DNA from: Bacteriovoracaceae bacterium
Lineage (GTDB): Bacteria; Bdellovibrionota; Bacteriovoracia; Bacteriovoracales; Bacteriovoracaceae
Assembly (NCBI GenBank): GCA_018649885.1
Contig: JABIHA010000063.1
Coordinates: forward strand, 1-59,018
Direction: 5' to 3'
Length of the DNA: 59,018 nt
In this document: in pieces, positions 48,940 through 58,895 of the stretch
How the letters are laid out: each line of letters starts with the position of its first letter
How positions within the stretch are numbered: the stretch's first letter is position 1
Notes under the pieces: model-generated
Told to the model about the DNA's origin: nothing
Seen by the model: only the letters and a program-made list of their open reading frames with translations
Database searches by the model: none
Program-made: the position numbers and the translations under genes

Positions 48940-50848
48940 TTTTTTCTTTTACATAAAGAAAGGCAGGTTAACCCTGCCTTTCTTTTTTCTTTTTTTAAAC
49001 TCCCTCCTATTTAGTTGTTCTCAAGGCAAAGAAAAAGTTGAATTTGATGTGACTGGTACAAATGGAGACGTTTCTAGTAGTAATTCTAATACCGCCTCTC
49101 CCGCCTCTACTCCGACAAATAGTGATTTATCTCTTTTAAAGTCTGAGAGTTATTTTCAGTATACGAGAATTTTAGACGGGAAAACTAGTAGTGTTTCATT
49201 CATTGCTAAGGATTCAACTGGTCGAATTATTTCTCAGGGTGGACTCACAGTTGTTTTTGAACTCGCAGTGGATGGCACCTCTTCGGGAACATTTAGCGCT
49301 GTTACTGATAATTCAAATGGTCTCTACACTGCGACTTTTACAGGAACTTCTATTGGCACATCTATCAGTCTCAAAACTAAAGTGGGCGGTAGTTATGTGA
49401 CTAGCCTATCTCCCCAAATTCAAGTTGGTCCTGGTAGCTACTTTAGGAAAATTTCTGTTGTACCAGCAACAACAACTTCAGAATATCAAGTGAAAGTAGA
49501 CTTAAATACCTCAAACTTTGATTACAGTAAGGCAAAATCTGATGGCTCTGATTTGCGTTTTTATAGCGAAATTTTTGCTTTCATTCAGCCCTTTGATTAT
49601 TGGATTGAAAAGTGGGATTCCTCAGGAACATCTACAATTTGGGTTCAAGTAGCGGGTATTGCCACCTCAGCTTTTTACTTATTTTACGGAAATGATTTGG
49701 CCACTAGTAACTCATCAAAAATTGAGACTTTTTCTTACTCAGCGGCCAAAGACCTATACTACAATATGAGCAGCTATACGGCAGGCTCAACAACAATGAG
49801 TATTTGTAATTATGGGGCCGCAGCTGATGTGACGGCCACCGTTTCCACTGGAACTGAGACTAATAATATATTGCAAGACGCTTGTGTGAATTTTAGTAAT
49901 ACAAGGCAAGGTGTAATCTCAGCTGTTACGCCTATTGTGGGAAGAGTCGTTCATTCAAGTGGTCATGATACTGTAATGCCAATTTCCTTTGCTACCAGCC
50001 TAACTGGGTATCCAAAATCTAGGGGAGCGGATCAGTATCGATTTTTTAATCCTAACGCAGTTGATGCAGCAGTAACTCTTTATGACTATGATTCATCAGG
50101 AACTCTATTGGGGACATTCCCTTATAGCGTGACAGCTGGAAACTTCTTAAATGTGGTACAAGACTTTACAACATTTGGTCTTGTGGAGAGCTCCATTCCA
50201 ATTTTAACAATGTATAACTATAGCAATGCATCGGATGTGGTTGACCTTGTTAAGGGCGGAAAAGATCTATTGGGTGTTATCGCATCAAGTGCCGCAATCG
50301 GTTTTTTAAAAAATGGAACCTCGGGAACAGCATATCATTCTAATGCAACCACTACTGTATTTATTGGAGACAAAGGTGGTTCGAAAGTACTTGCAGGCGG
50401 GGGAAGCCAAAATGCTGGTGTTGCTGTGAGAGTCATTAGCAATAAAGAAGTCGTTGGCGCAGGCCAAGCCGATGGCGACGGCTCTGACTCTGAAGCATTT
50501 TGGCCTGTGGACCTTCTTGAAGATGATTATCTTATTCCCACTGCTAGTCAGTATGTAAAAATAGCTTGTCATCAAACGGTGAACATCACTGTATTAAATC
50601 CTGATACATCCACCTACGGAACTGGCACTTGCACGCCTACAGGAAATACTCCTGGGGTTATCGATTTTGGCGATCCTGGTGCTGGAATTCCAATACTAAC
50701 TGGTTCGAGAGTACTAGGTGATAAGGCCTTCTATCTTTATTACGAATACAGTAATCAAGATGAAAGTAATTTATATGGGATAAAGCACGCAAGGCCCTAT
50801 CAATACCCTGAGTCCATACCAAGCATAGGATCTGAGGGAAGCTGGTAA
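48929..50848 (+). CDS. Surface lipoprotein: invasin Ig-like + DUF2341 + C-terminal beta domain
   Basis: Lipobox LFSC; VTDNSNGLYTATFTG; KAKSDGSDLRF...YWIEKW...IWVQV. Confidence 0.8.
   Translation: MPTNFFFYIKKGRLTLPFFFLFLNSLLFSCSQGKEKVEFDVTGTNGDVSSSNSNTASPASTPTNSDLSLLKSESYFQYTRILDGKTSSVSFIAKDSTGRIISQGGLTVVFELAVDGTSSGTFSAVTDNSNGLYTATFTGTSIGTSISLKTKVGGSYVTSLSPQIQVGPGSYFRKISVVPATTTSEYQVKVDLNTSNFDYSKAKSDGSDLRFYSEIFAFIQPFDYWIEKWDSSGTSTIWVQVAGIATSAFYLFYGNDLATSNSSKIETFSYSAAKDLYYNMSSYTAGSTTMSICNYGAAADVTATVSTGTETNNILQDACVNFSNTRQGVISAVTPIVGRVVHSSGHDTVMPISFATSLTGYPKSRGADQYRFFNPNAVDAAVTLYDYDSSGTLLGTFPYSVTAGNFLNVVQDFTTFGLVESSIPILTMYNYSNASDVVDLVKGGKDLLGVIASSAAIGFLKNGTSGTAYHSNATTTVFIGDKGGSKVLAGGGSQNAGVAVRVISNKEVVGAGQADGDGSDSEAFWPVDLLEDDYLIPTASQYVKIACHQTVNITVLNPDTSTYGTGTCTPTGNTPGVIDFGDPGAGIPILTGSRVLGDKAFYLYYEYSNQDESNLYGIKHARPYQYPESIPSIGSEGSW
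48955..48990 (+). terminator. Intrinsic terminator after lon
   Basis: AAAGAAAGGCAGG-TTAAC-CCTGCCTTTCTTT followed by a T-tract. Confidence 0.75.
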
Positions 50849-50867
50849 TTGGCACTGGAATTAGTAT

Positions 50868-51995
50868 TTAATTTGTCCAAATATCAATTGAAGTAACTTT
50901 TAAATTAATTGAATCAAAAAAAGCTGCAATGTTATTTTTCACTTCTTCAGTATCTGATTCAAATTTACTAAAGAATAACTCCACACTGACATTGTCATGG
51001 GTGTAATGATAGTTGGCCTTCTTATAATGATCGAAAACTTTTAGTTCTCTGAGAAAGTCAAAGAGGTCCTTTTCAAATGATTCACGTAGTGGAAGGAGGT
51101 CCATTTTGTCGGGAGTTTCGTAGTGGTCGTACTCTGTATCGATATGAACTACAACATCGTGTATTTCAGGCACGTGCTTTCTAACTTTTTGAGATACCCA
51201 AAGGGCCACTTGGTGACCTTCTGTTACACTCATATCTGATCCAACCTCAACATTGAGATCGAGGTAGACTTTTCCATTTATAGGGCGTGATCTTACCTCG
51301 TGAATCCCTGTCACGGCCTTAAGAGATTTTGATTGTTCTCTAATGATTTTAATTTTGTCGGGAGTTAGCCCAGTATCAACTAACTCCATTAAGCTACTCC
51401 ATACAAAAGTCCATCCAACTCTAGCTATAATAATACCTACAAAAATAGCGGCAAAGAGCTCAACGAGGTAGAGGCCAAAATAGGAAAATACCAATCCAAT
51501 CATCACTATTAAAGATGAGAGTGCATCTGATCTTGAGTGCCAGGCATTGGCCATCATCATGGGCGATTTTGTTTCTTCAGCAGCTTTTTTGGTGACACGA
51601 AAAATAAATTCTTTTCCAATAATTGTGGCGAGCACTAATATCAGGGCCCAAATACTTCTTTCAACCGTGTAATCACCATGAAGGATTGCTTTAACGGCTT
51701 GGTAAATTACAAGGATGCCAATTGAGATTAATGAGCTTCCAAGAATTGTGGTGCCAAGTGTTTCAATCTTTCCATGACCATAAGGATGGTCTTCGTCTGG
51801 TTCCTTATTTGAATAACTTGCAAAGACTAATACGAAAATATCTGTGGCAAGATCTGAAAGAGAGTGGACACCATCGGCCAAGAGAGATTGGGAGCCAATG
51901 GTCTTACCTACTATAAGCTTCGCCACACCTAAAACTGTGTCAATAACAGCACCAAAAATCGTTACTCTTCTAATTTTTGATAGATTTGATTCCAA
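50868..51995 (-). CDS. Cation diffusion facilitator transporter
   Basis: ADGVHSLSD, DHPYGHGKIE, AWHSRSD. Confidence 0.93.
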   Translation of the reverse strand: MESNLSKIRRVTIFGAVIDTVLGVAKLIVGKTIGSQSLLADGVHSLSDLATDIFVLVFASYSNKEPDEDHPYGHGKIETLGTTILGSSLISIGILVIYQAVKAILHGDYTVERSIWALILVLATIIGKEFIFRVTKKAAEETKSPMMMANAWHSRSDALSSLIVMIGLVFSYFGLYLVELFAAIFVGIIIARVGWTFVWSSLMELVDTGLTPDKIKIIREQSKSLKAVTGIHEVRSRPINGKVYLDLNVEVGSDMSVTEGHQVALWVSQKVRKHVPEIHDVVVHIDTEYDHYETPDKMDLLPLRESFEKDLFDFLRELKVFDHYKKANYHYTHDNVSVELFFSKFESDTEEVKNNIAAFFDSINLKVTSIDIWTN

Positions 51996-52117
51996 AACTC
52001 AGTACTCCCGCACGCCTTAGTATTTTGAAAAACTATCATATAAATAATGAAAATTCACCTCATCCTCGCAGTGCAATGTTTTTAAACTGAGTGCTCCCAG
52101 GTAGACTAAAAATGGCT

Positions 52118-54244
52118 ATGAAAACTCTAATTTTGACAGAAAAACCATCCGTTGCCTTTGATTTTGCCAAGGCTTTGGACCTTGGAATGCGAGGTGAGGG
52201 CTTTATAGAGGGGGACAAATACCTAGTGACTTGGGCAGTGGGCCACTTGCTTCACCCAGTGGATCCGCATGGCTATGATCTAAGTTATAAGAAGTGGAGT
52301 TTAAAAAGCCTGCCTATAATCCCAAAAAAATTCAAATATGGCAGCGATCCCAAAACAAAAAAGCAGCTAAAAATTGTCACCTCTTTAATGGGGCGCTCTG
52401 ATTTAGATACGCTTATTGTGGCAACTGATGCGGGAAGGGAAGGGGAGCTGATAGCCAGAGAAATAATTGAGCACGCAAAAAAAGCTCCTAAAAAAAGGTT
52501 TAGATTTTGGACTTCCCAGGCACTAACTCCTTCTGTGATTAATGAACAAATGTCTAATCTAAAAAATCTTTCGAATTACGACCGTCTTTACTATGCTGGA
52601 AGATCAAGGCAACACGCTGATTGGCTTGTGGGAATGAATTTCTCAAGACTTGCCACACTGAAAATGGGAGATCTTTTTTCAGTTGGAAGAGTTCAGACTG
52701 CGATACTCGCCTTACTTGTAAAAAGAAGATTAGAGCGAGAAGCATTTATAGAGGAAACTTACTATCTAATTAAGGCCAAATTTAATTTTCCAAAAAACAA
52801 AAACTTAGAGGCCACTTGGTATGACCCTTTAAAAAGAGCGGGAGAAACTCACTTAGAGTCTGAGAAAATGGTTGGGCTTATTTGCGCTAGTATTGAAGGA
52901 AAAGATGCAAGTGTCAGCGAAATAGAAGAAAAACAAGTTTGTTACCCGCCACCTCTATTGTATTCGTTGACTGAATTGCAACGTGAGGCCAACAGGATTT
53001 ATGGATATACGGCTAAAAAAACTTTAACTCTTGCCCAGGAACTTTACGAGCGGCATAAGGCGATTTCCTATCCCAGGACAGACTCTCAGTATCTTGGTAG
53101 TAAAAACTTTTCTATGATTACATCTCTTTTAGAGAAATTTAAAAATACAAGAGCAGATTTATTTAAAGAGATTTCACCGAAAAAGGTTACTAAATTTAAT
53201 CGCCGCATCTTTAACGATTCTAAGCTGACTGATCATCACGCCTTAATCCCTTTGAAGTTATTTAAAGGAAGAGGTGATAGTGATGCTGGTAAGATCTATT
53301 TTTTGATACTCAGACGTTTTGCCATGGCATTTATGGCAGACCACAAATTCATGCAAACTTCCGTGAAATTAAAAGTAGAAAGTGAGCATTTTAAAAGCTC
53401 AGGAAAGATGATCACCCAAGTTGGTTGGAAAGCACTGCTTTCCCATGAATCAGATCAGCTACTTCCCTTACTGGAAAAAGGTGAAATGGGAAAATGTGTT
53501 GAACCTCGCGCTGAAGAAAAGCAAACACTTCCTCCACCTGATTACAATGACTCCTCTCTTTTAAAGGAGATGACTAACCCGGCAAGACTTGTAGATGAAG
53601 AGGAATTAAAAAAGGTTTTCCGCACTCAAATTGGTCTTGGCACTCAATCGACTAGGGCCCAAATTATTGAGACTCTTATTCAAAGAAAATATGTAAAAAG
53701 AGAAAAGAAATCTATCATCGCACTTGAAAAGGGAATTACACTCATAAGAACTTTGAGCACACTTAAAAACTCAAAGATATTGATTTCGGCCAAAGAGACT
53801 GCCAGGTGGGAGCTGTCTTTAGAGCAAATGGCACAAGGGGACCTAGAAGAGAAAATCTTCATGGACGAGATTATAGATTTTATTATTAAATCAACATCTG
53901 AATGGAAAGGTGCTGATATCGCTTATATTCCTAAAAAAGAGCGGACCGGGGAGCGCAGCTCGTCTAACTTTGGAACTTGTCCTTTGTGTCAATCGACTCT
54001 TTTTACCCACACTAAATTCATTGGCTGCAGTAGTTGGAAAGAGGGCTGTAAATTTAAACTTTGGCGAAGAGTGGCATCAAAGTCTCTTTCAGACTCAACC
54101 CTTCAAAGCCTTATTGGAAGCGGCAAGACACGGTTTCTCAAGGGCTTTAAAAGCAAGTCCGGCAAGAGCTTTAGCGCAATGCTAACCATGGATAAAAATG
54201 GAGTAGTAAGCATGAAATTCAAAAATAGATCCACCTCGTCATAG
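52118..54244 (+). CDS. topB: DNA topoisomerase III
   Basis: TEKPS, ATDAGREGE, GRVQT, SYPRTD, DHHALIP; C-terminal Zn ribbon and GFKSKSGK repeat. Confidence 0.92.
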   Translation: MKTLILTEKPSVAFDFAKALDLGMRGEGFIEGDKYLVTWAVGHLLHPVDPHGYDLSYKKWSLKSLPIIPKKFKYGSDPKTKKQLKIVTSLMGRSDLDTLIVATDAGREGELIAREIIEHAKKAPKKRFRFWTSQALTPSVINEQMSNLKNLSNYDRLYYAGRSRQHADWLVGMNFSRLATLKMGDLFSVGRVQTAILALLVKRRLEREAFIEETYYLIKAKFNFPKNKNLEATWYDPLKRAGETHLESEKMVGLICASIEGKDASVSEIEEKQVCYPPPLLYSLTELQREANRIYGYTAKKTLTLAQELYERHKAISYPRTDSQYLGSKNFSMITSLLEKFKNTRADLFKEISPKKVTKFNRRIFNDSKLTDHHALIPLKLFKGRGDSDAGKIYFLILRRFAMAFMADHKFMQTSVKLKVESEHFKSSGKMITQVGWKALLSHESDQLLPLLEKGEMGKCVEPRAEEKQTLPPPDYNDSSLLKEMTNPARLVDEEELKKVFRTQIGLGTQSTRAQIIETLIQRKYVKREKKSIIALEKGITLIRTLSTLKNSKILISAKETARWELSLEQMAQGDLEEKIFMDEIIDFIIKSTSEWKGADIAYIPKKERTGERSSSNFGTCPLCQSTLFTHTKFIGCSSWKEGCKFKLWRRVASKSLSDSTLQSLIGSGKTRFLKGFKSKSGKSFSAMLTMDKNGVVSMKFKNRSTSS

Positions 54245-54255
54245 ACTCCTTTTCA

Positions 54256-54284
54256 TTGACATCCATACCCTAAAATAATAAACT
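54256..54284 (+). promoter_or_regulatory. Sigma70 promoter of tRNA-Val
   Basis: TTGACA-N17-TAAACT followed by a GC-rich discriminator. Confidence 0.75.
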
Positions 54285-54304
54285 CGCCCTTCACTTTAGA
54301 TAGT

Positions 54305-54380
54305 GGGCTGTTAGCTCAGTTGGTAGAGCGCTACCCTTACAAGGTAGATGTCACAAGTTCGAGTCTTGTACAGCCCACCA
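54305..54380 (+). tRNA. tRNA-Val(TAC)
   Basis: 76-nt cloverleaf, CTACC-CTTACAA-GGTAG anticodon arm, GTTCGAG T-loop, encoded CCA. Confidence 0.97.
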
Positions 54381-54502
54381 TATTTTCCACTACATTTTTA
54401 AAATATTACCAGGCTGCTTTTTACGACTGGGTGGTTCATAAAAAGTGACGAGATACCAATTCTTAGTTAGAATGCGTTACAAAACTAAAGAAGGGATTAA
54501 TT

Positions 54503-54775
54503 ATGAGTCAAATCGGCGCCAAACATATTCTCGTTGAGCATGAATACGAAGCAAACGATCTAATTAAAAAACTTGGAGAAGGCGTAAGCTTTGAAGAGCT
54601 AGCAAAAGATTTCTCCAAGTGTCCATCTGGTAAAGGTGGAGGTGATCTTGGAACATTCGGAAAAGGTCAAATGGTTCAGCCTTTTGAAGATGCGGCCTTT
54701 GCCCTTGAGGTAGACCAAGTTTCTGGAGTTGTAAAAACTCAGTTTGGTTTTCATCTTATTCAAAGAACACTTTAA
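54503..54775 (+). CDS. ppiC: Parvulin peptidyl-prolyl isomerase
   Basis: HILV, SKCPSG..GGDLG, TQFGFHLI. Confidence 0.92.
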   Translation: MSQIGAKHILVEHEYEANDLIKKLGEGVSFEELAKDFSKCPSGKGGGDLGTFGKGQMVQPFEDAAFALEVDQVSGVVKTQFGFHLIQRTL

Positions 54776-54789
54776 AACTGGTACCAGTT

Positions 54790-56504
54790 ATTTGTTATTT
54801 ATTTTCAAAAATCAAATAAAGTTTCATTTTTCAAAATGGTTGTGGAAATAGCGCGGCAGTTTAATTTATTTTTTCTCGGTGCTTACGCGTGCCGGTTATC
54901 CCTATCATTTTCGAGATCCAAAAAAGACAGTTTTGTGGCAGACCCTTAACTCTGGGCTTGATTCCTTTATTGAGAGATCGGAAACTAGAGGTCAGTTTCT
55001 TCCAGGAATTGTCAAAAGTGAAGTGAGTGCATTTCTTGAATGCGGTATTTTAGAAAATGGCTTTTCAAAGCTTGGGTGTACAACTTGTGGGTATGTCAGG
55101 GCACTTGCCTTTAGCTGTAAAAGGCGTGGAATTTGTCCCAGTTGTGGTGGTAGGAGAATGAATCAAACCGCGGCCAACATAAACGATCAAACAATTCCAG
55201 ATATTCCGATCCGTCAGTGGATCATCAGCTTTCCTCAAAAAATCAGATTTTGGATCGCAAATACTCCCGTTGATACAAGTAGAGTTCTCAAAATTATCAC
55301 CAGAGTCATTAATCGATTTTACCAAGAAAAGTATAAAATTAGAGGGCAAAAAAATGGCGCTAAGGTGGGATCAATTTGCTTTATTCAAAGATTTGGTGGG
55401 TCGGTGAACCTAAATCCTCATTTTCATATAATCTATGCTGACGGAGTATGGTTGGAGGAAAATACGGAGCTTAGGTTTACTTCCAGAAAAAGGGTTACAA
55501 ACCAAGACATCGAAAATGTGTGTATTAAAATTTTTCAAAGAGTTGAGAGAGCTTACCAAAAAGCGACGAGGGATTTGGAGTACTCTTTTGGAAGAAAATA
55601 CCTTGGGGAGTCCATTGCTGGAAAAAATGCAAAAAAAATTGGAAAACTATTCAGTCCTCCCTGGGCACCACCAGCAGGGAATCTAGTTTCATATGTTAAC
55701 GGATACTCTCTTCATGGAGGAGTGAGAATAGGTAAAAACAAGAAGGAGGATTTAGAGCAACTTCTTAGATACGTGGCAAGACCCGCAGTCTCAAATAAAT
55801 GGCTAAAACTCACTGAGCATGGAAAAATTCAGCTAGAGCTAAAAAATAAATTTTCTGATGGCACCACTCATCTTGAATTTACACAAGATGAGTTCATAAA
55901 GCGGCTGATCTCACTTATTCCCCCAGTACGGTCAAACTTAGTGAGGTACTTTGGAGTATTCGCTCCAAGGTTTAAGCGAAGAAATGAAGTAGTGAGGATT
56001 CCAACATTACCTAAAGCAAGCGAATCAAATAAAGCAGAAAAAGAAAATGGCAATGAAAAGCGAAACTATTGGATTCCCTACGTCGAGCTTATGAAAAGAA
56101 GCTTCAAGGTAGATGTATCAGAGTGCCTCAAATGTGGTGGTGAAATTGAGCTCCTTTCAATGGTTTTACATCCGGTGGAAATTAAGTCGGTTTTAAAATC
56201 ATTGGGTCTAAGCGGAAAAGAAGAGACAGCATTCTTTCATGAAGATCGAGGACCACCAACAGAGGAAATTGCTGAAAATTTAGAATATGATTTTGATCAA
56301 GGCTGTTGGTAGGGTAGAGGAATGCCCAATTTTTGAAGTAACCCCCTAATTTTCACTAGCTTGTAGTAATTTCATGCTTTTAAAGGGCCTTTGGCCCTCC
56401 AGGCTGGGCCCAAAAATGAGGACCTTTTGAGGTCCAACGATAGTTTTAGGGGGCATTTGAGCAAAGGGTGTAGGGAAGTGATAGTGCTAATCTTACCTTC
56501 TCCT
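54790..56504 (+). mobile_element. IS91/ISCR-like rolling-circle element
   Basis: Transposase plus hairpin-rich 3' region; left boundary approximate. Confidence 0.75.
54879..56312 (+). CDS. IS91-family (ISCR-like) HUH transposase
   Basis: Zn domain CTTC...SCKRRGICPSC; HUH NPHFH; LLRYVARP; VRYFG. Confidence 0.93.
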   Translation: MLTRAGYPYHFRDPKKTVLWQTLNSGLDSFIERSETRGQFLPGIVKSEVSAFLECGILENGFSKLGCTTCGYVRALAFSCKRRGICPSCGGRRMNQTAANINDQTIPDIPIRQWIISFPQKIRFWIANTPVDTSRVLKIITRVINRFYQEKYKIRGQKNGAKVGSICFIQRFGGSVNLNPHFHIIYADGVWLEENTELRFTSRKRVTNQDIENVCIKIFQRVERAYQKATRDLEYSFGRKYLGESIAGKNAKKIGKLFSPPWAPPAGNLVSYVNGYSLHGGVRIGKNKKEDLEQLLRYVARPAVSNKWLKLTEHGKIQLELKNKFSDGTTHLEFTQDEFIKRLISLIPPVRSNLVRYFGVFAPRFKRRNEVVRIPTLPKASESNKAEKENGNEKRNYWIPYVELMKRSFKVDVSECLKCGGEIELLSMVLHPVEIKSVLKSLGLSGKEETAFFHEDRGPPTEEIAENLEYDFDQGCW

Positions 56505-56762
56505 TAGTACTTTGGCGTTGAGCATATAAGGGCCTTTGGTTAGAGTTTTGTTTTGCAACCCAATTTTAGCCACTTATCCTATGCTCTTTCAAAAAATCAC
56601 AAAGTTCTTAGACACTTTCAAAAACTGACCTGTAAATGCTACCTGGGACCTTTAATACCGAGCGAATCTCGCAGATAATAATTCCAATATAGACAGTTCA
56701 CAAGATTTGTACGGGAAAAGTACTTGCTAACAGTTTTGGGACAATATTAATGTGGTAAGAAA

Positions 56763-57962
56763 ATGAAACATACTTTGGATGGATATTATTTTCTGGTCAT
56801 ACTCACAAGCTGGATGTTTTGTTTTCAGGTCCATTCCGCTGATATCAATACTAAAATTGAATGTGTGGATCTAAAATTGATTCAAAGGGGCAAGAAAATA
56901 ATTGCCAAAAATCTGTCAAGACAATGTAATGATAATCTAAGTACAGAGATTTATGACCACATTCAATTAACTCCAACGTCCTATAATATCACATCAATAA
57001 CATTACCTTTCAAAACGAAACTTGATATAATTGAATTTCTTCCTATTTTTATTCAAAATTTTATTGGGGAAAAAGGCCACTCAGATGGGCCCAATTGCTA
57101 TAATTCATCATTAGCTCCCAATGGCCTATCGCCTTTAGGCTCTCGGTCTGATTGGCCAACAGATTTTTTTCTCAGTTTGTTTAAGGAAGAACTTGTTCAA
57201 GTTGAAAGACCAAGGTTTGGAGATATAGTACTCTTTCATGATAACCTGGATGAATCAATCAACCATATTGAAGAAGATAAATATTTTCTTGAATCACTAT
57301 ATCATGCAGGTTTTTACCTCATAAATGATTTTATTTTCACAAAAAATGGTGAAGATCGTCAAGCACCCTACAAAATAGATACTATTAAAAACTCTATTGA
57401 AACCTATGCTACTTATCATGCCATGGGACTCGTAAATGACGAATCTAGTTACATACCTCTTTTCTTGGCAAAAATGCTTTACGGCAGAAAAGCGAGGCGA
57501 GAATTTCATAGATTCCTAGATAATAAACCTAAGTATGATTGGAGTTTACAATATGGTGGTTACTTTTTATTACGAAGAACGGATAATATCTTTCACTATT
57601 CAAATTCAATCGGAAGAGATCAAAGAAAAATGTTATCTGATATAAGGTTATTGCTTGATGAAAACGCAAATATGGAAAGGTTTAATAAAATAAACAAGGA
57701 AGTTAAAAAAATATTTGTAGAGCAATATGAATCTGGAAAAACAGATGATTTTTTATCAAACCTTCAATCTTTGAATAAGGAACAGGCCATTTTAATCTAT
57801 GAAATCCTGAACTCTTTTAGACAAATTAAGAATAAATATAATAAAGATTTTGGGCCATCCATTTTCAAATCGTGGATGAGTCAAATTAAAATCACGAAAG
57901 AAATGATGATCATAACAGGGAAAAATTTAAAAAATATTATTAGGGTAAACGCCTTAAACTAA
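56763..57962 (+). CDS. Secreted hypothetical protein, possible papain/NlpC-like Cys-His fold
   Basis: Signal peptide; GPNCYN, FGDIVLF, HAGFYL, FTKNG. Confidence 0.6.
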   Translation: MKHTLDGYYFLVILTSWMFCFQVHSADINTKIECVDLKLIQRGKKIIAKNLSRQCNDNLSTEIYDHIQLTPTSYNITSITLPFKTKLDIIEFLPIFIQNFIGEKGHSDGPNCYNSSLAPNGLSPLGSRSDWPTDFFLSLFKEELVQVERPRFGDIVLFHDNLDESINHIEEDKYFLESLYHAGFYLINDFIFTKNGEDRQAPYKIDTIKNSIETYATYHAMGLVNDESSYIPLFLAKMLYGRKARREFHRFLDNKPKYDWSLQYGGYFLLRRTDNIFHYSNSIGRDQRKMLSDIRLLLDENANMERFNKINKEVKKIFVEQYESGKTDDFLSNLQSLNKEQAILIYEILNSFRQIKNKYNKDFGPSIFKSWMSQIKITKEMMIITGKNLKNIIRVNALN

Positions 57963-58086
57963 AAATTGGAAAGAGGTGCGTGACTACTGCAGATTAATGA
58001 AGAAGTACTTTTCTCCACCAATAGATCCAGCTACAAGAAATATGTATGAGTTAGAAACCTATAGGTAACTCATGGCGTACTCAACC

Positions 58087-58112
58087 TGGCACCTTTTTTT
58101 GGCACCTTTTTT
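58087..58112. repeat. 13-bp tandem repeat
   Basis: TGGCACCTTTTTT x2. Confidence 0.7.
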
Positions 58113-58172
58113 GCCCTCTTGGTTGATAAATAGCAGGGCCAGTATTTCCTGGCCCTTTTTAGTTTTCTACTT

Positions 58173-58895
58173 CTATTTCAAGTTTCTTTTAATTATTCTT
58201 CTAGATCTACGTTGTTGGCGGTCGCCTTTTTTTCTAAGCTTGGATGCAGTTCGATCATCTTTCCAAAATTCAGCTTCATCAGCTGTAACATAAGAAGCCC
58301 CTGCTCTATCCATGTTTTTTTCATCACGGCCTGAACTTCCATTTTTTTGTATCTCTTCATTTCCGCGCTCTTTTGCGCGAGCACGCATACTTCTCCCGTA
58401 TAATCTGCTTTCTCTTCTGTCAGCTCGAGTGTCTGAATTTGCACGTGGATAACTATTATGCTTGTCATGGCTTTTCTTCCATACTTTTTTATATCTGCGT
58501 TGTTGTTTCTTGGTTAGCCTACTTGAGCGTGATTCACCTTGTAGACTTTCTTTAAAACGTGCTCTAGAGGTTTTCCTTGAAAGGCGCTTATATTTTTTGT
58601 CATTATCAGCGGCATCAATGGCAGCGCTTGCATCACCACCATTTCTCGAGAGTTCTTTCTTGTAAGCTTTGTTAAACCTTTTCGATTTTCTAGCGGTAAG
58701 TTTTTTTCTTCTCGATTTCGATGCTCTTTTAACTTTTCTTATAACTTTTTTTCCCTTCCTATTCCATTTCCTCTTCTCTTTTTTTGTTCGATCCTTACCA
58801 GCTAAACTAGCATCATATTCATTCAAATCATCCTTAGCTTTATCGAGCCTTCTTGTTCTCCGCGTTTTACCATCAGTATGAACTTTCCGAGACAT
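58173..58895 (-). CDS. Extremely basic (K/R-rich) hypothetical protein
   Basis: 240-aa ORF, about 85 K+R by hand count. Confidence 0.65.
   Translation of the reverse strand: MSRKVHTDGKTRRTRRLDKAKDDLNEYDASLAGKDRTKKEKRKWNRKGKKVIRKVKRASKSRRKKLTARKSKRFNKAYKKELSRNGGDASAAIDAADNDKKYKRLSRKTSRARFKESLQGESRSSRLTKKQQRRYKKVWKKSHDKHNSYPRANSDTRADRRESRLYGRSMRARAKERGNEEIQKNGSSGRDEKNMDRAGASYVTADEAEFWKDDRTASKLRKKGDRQQRRSRRIIKRNLK

Noticed and set aside
54305..54380. tRNA-targeted integrative element
   Set aside because: No integrase and no duplicated tRNA 3' end seen in the window
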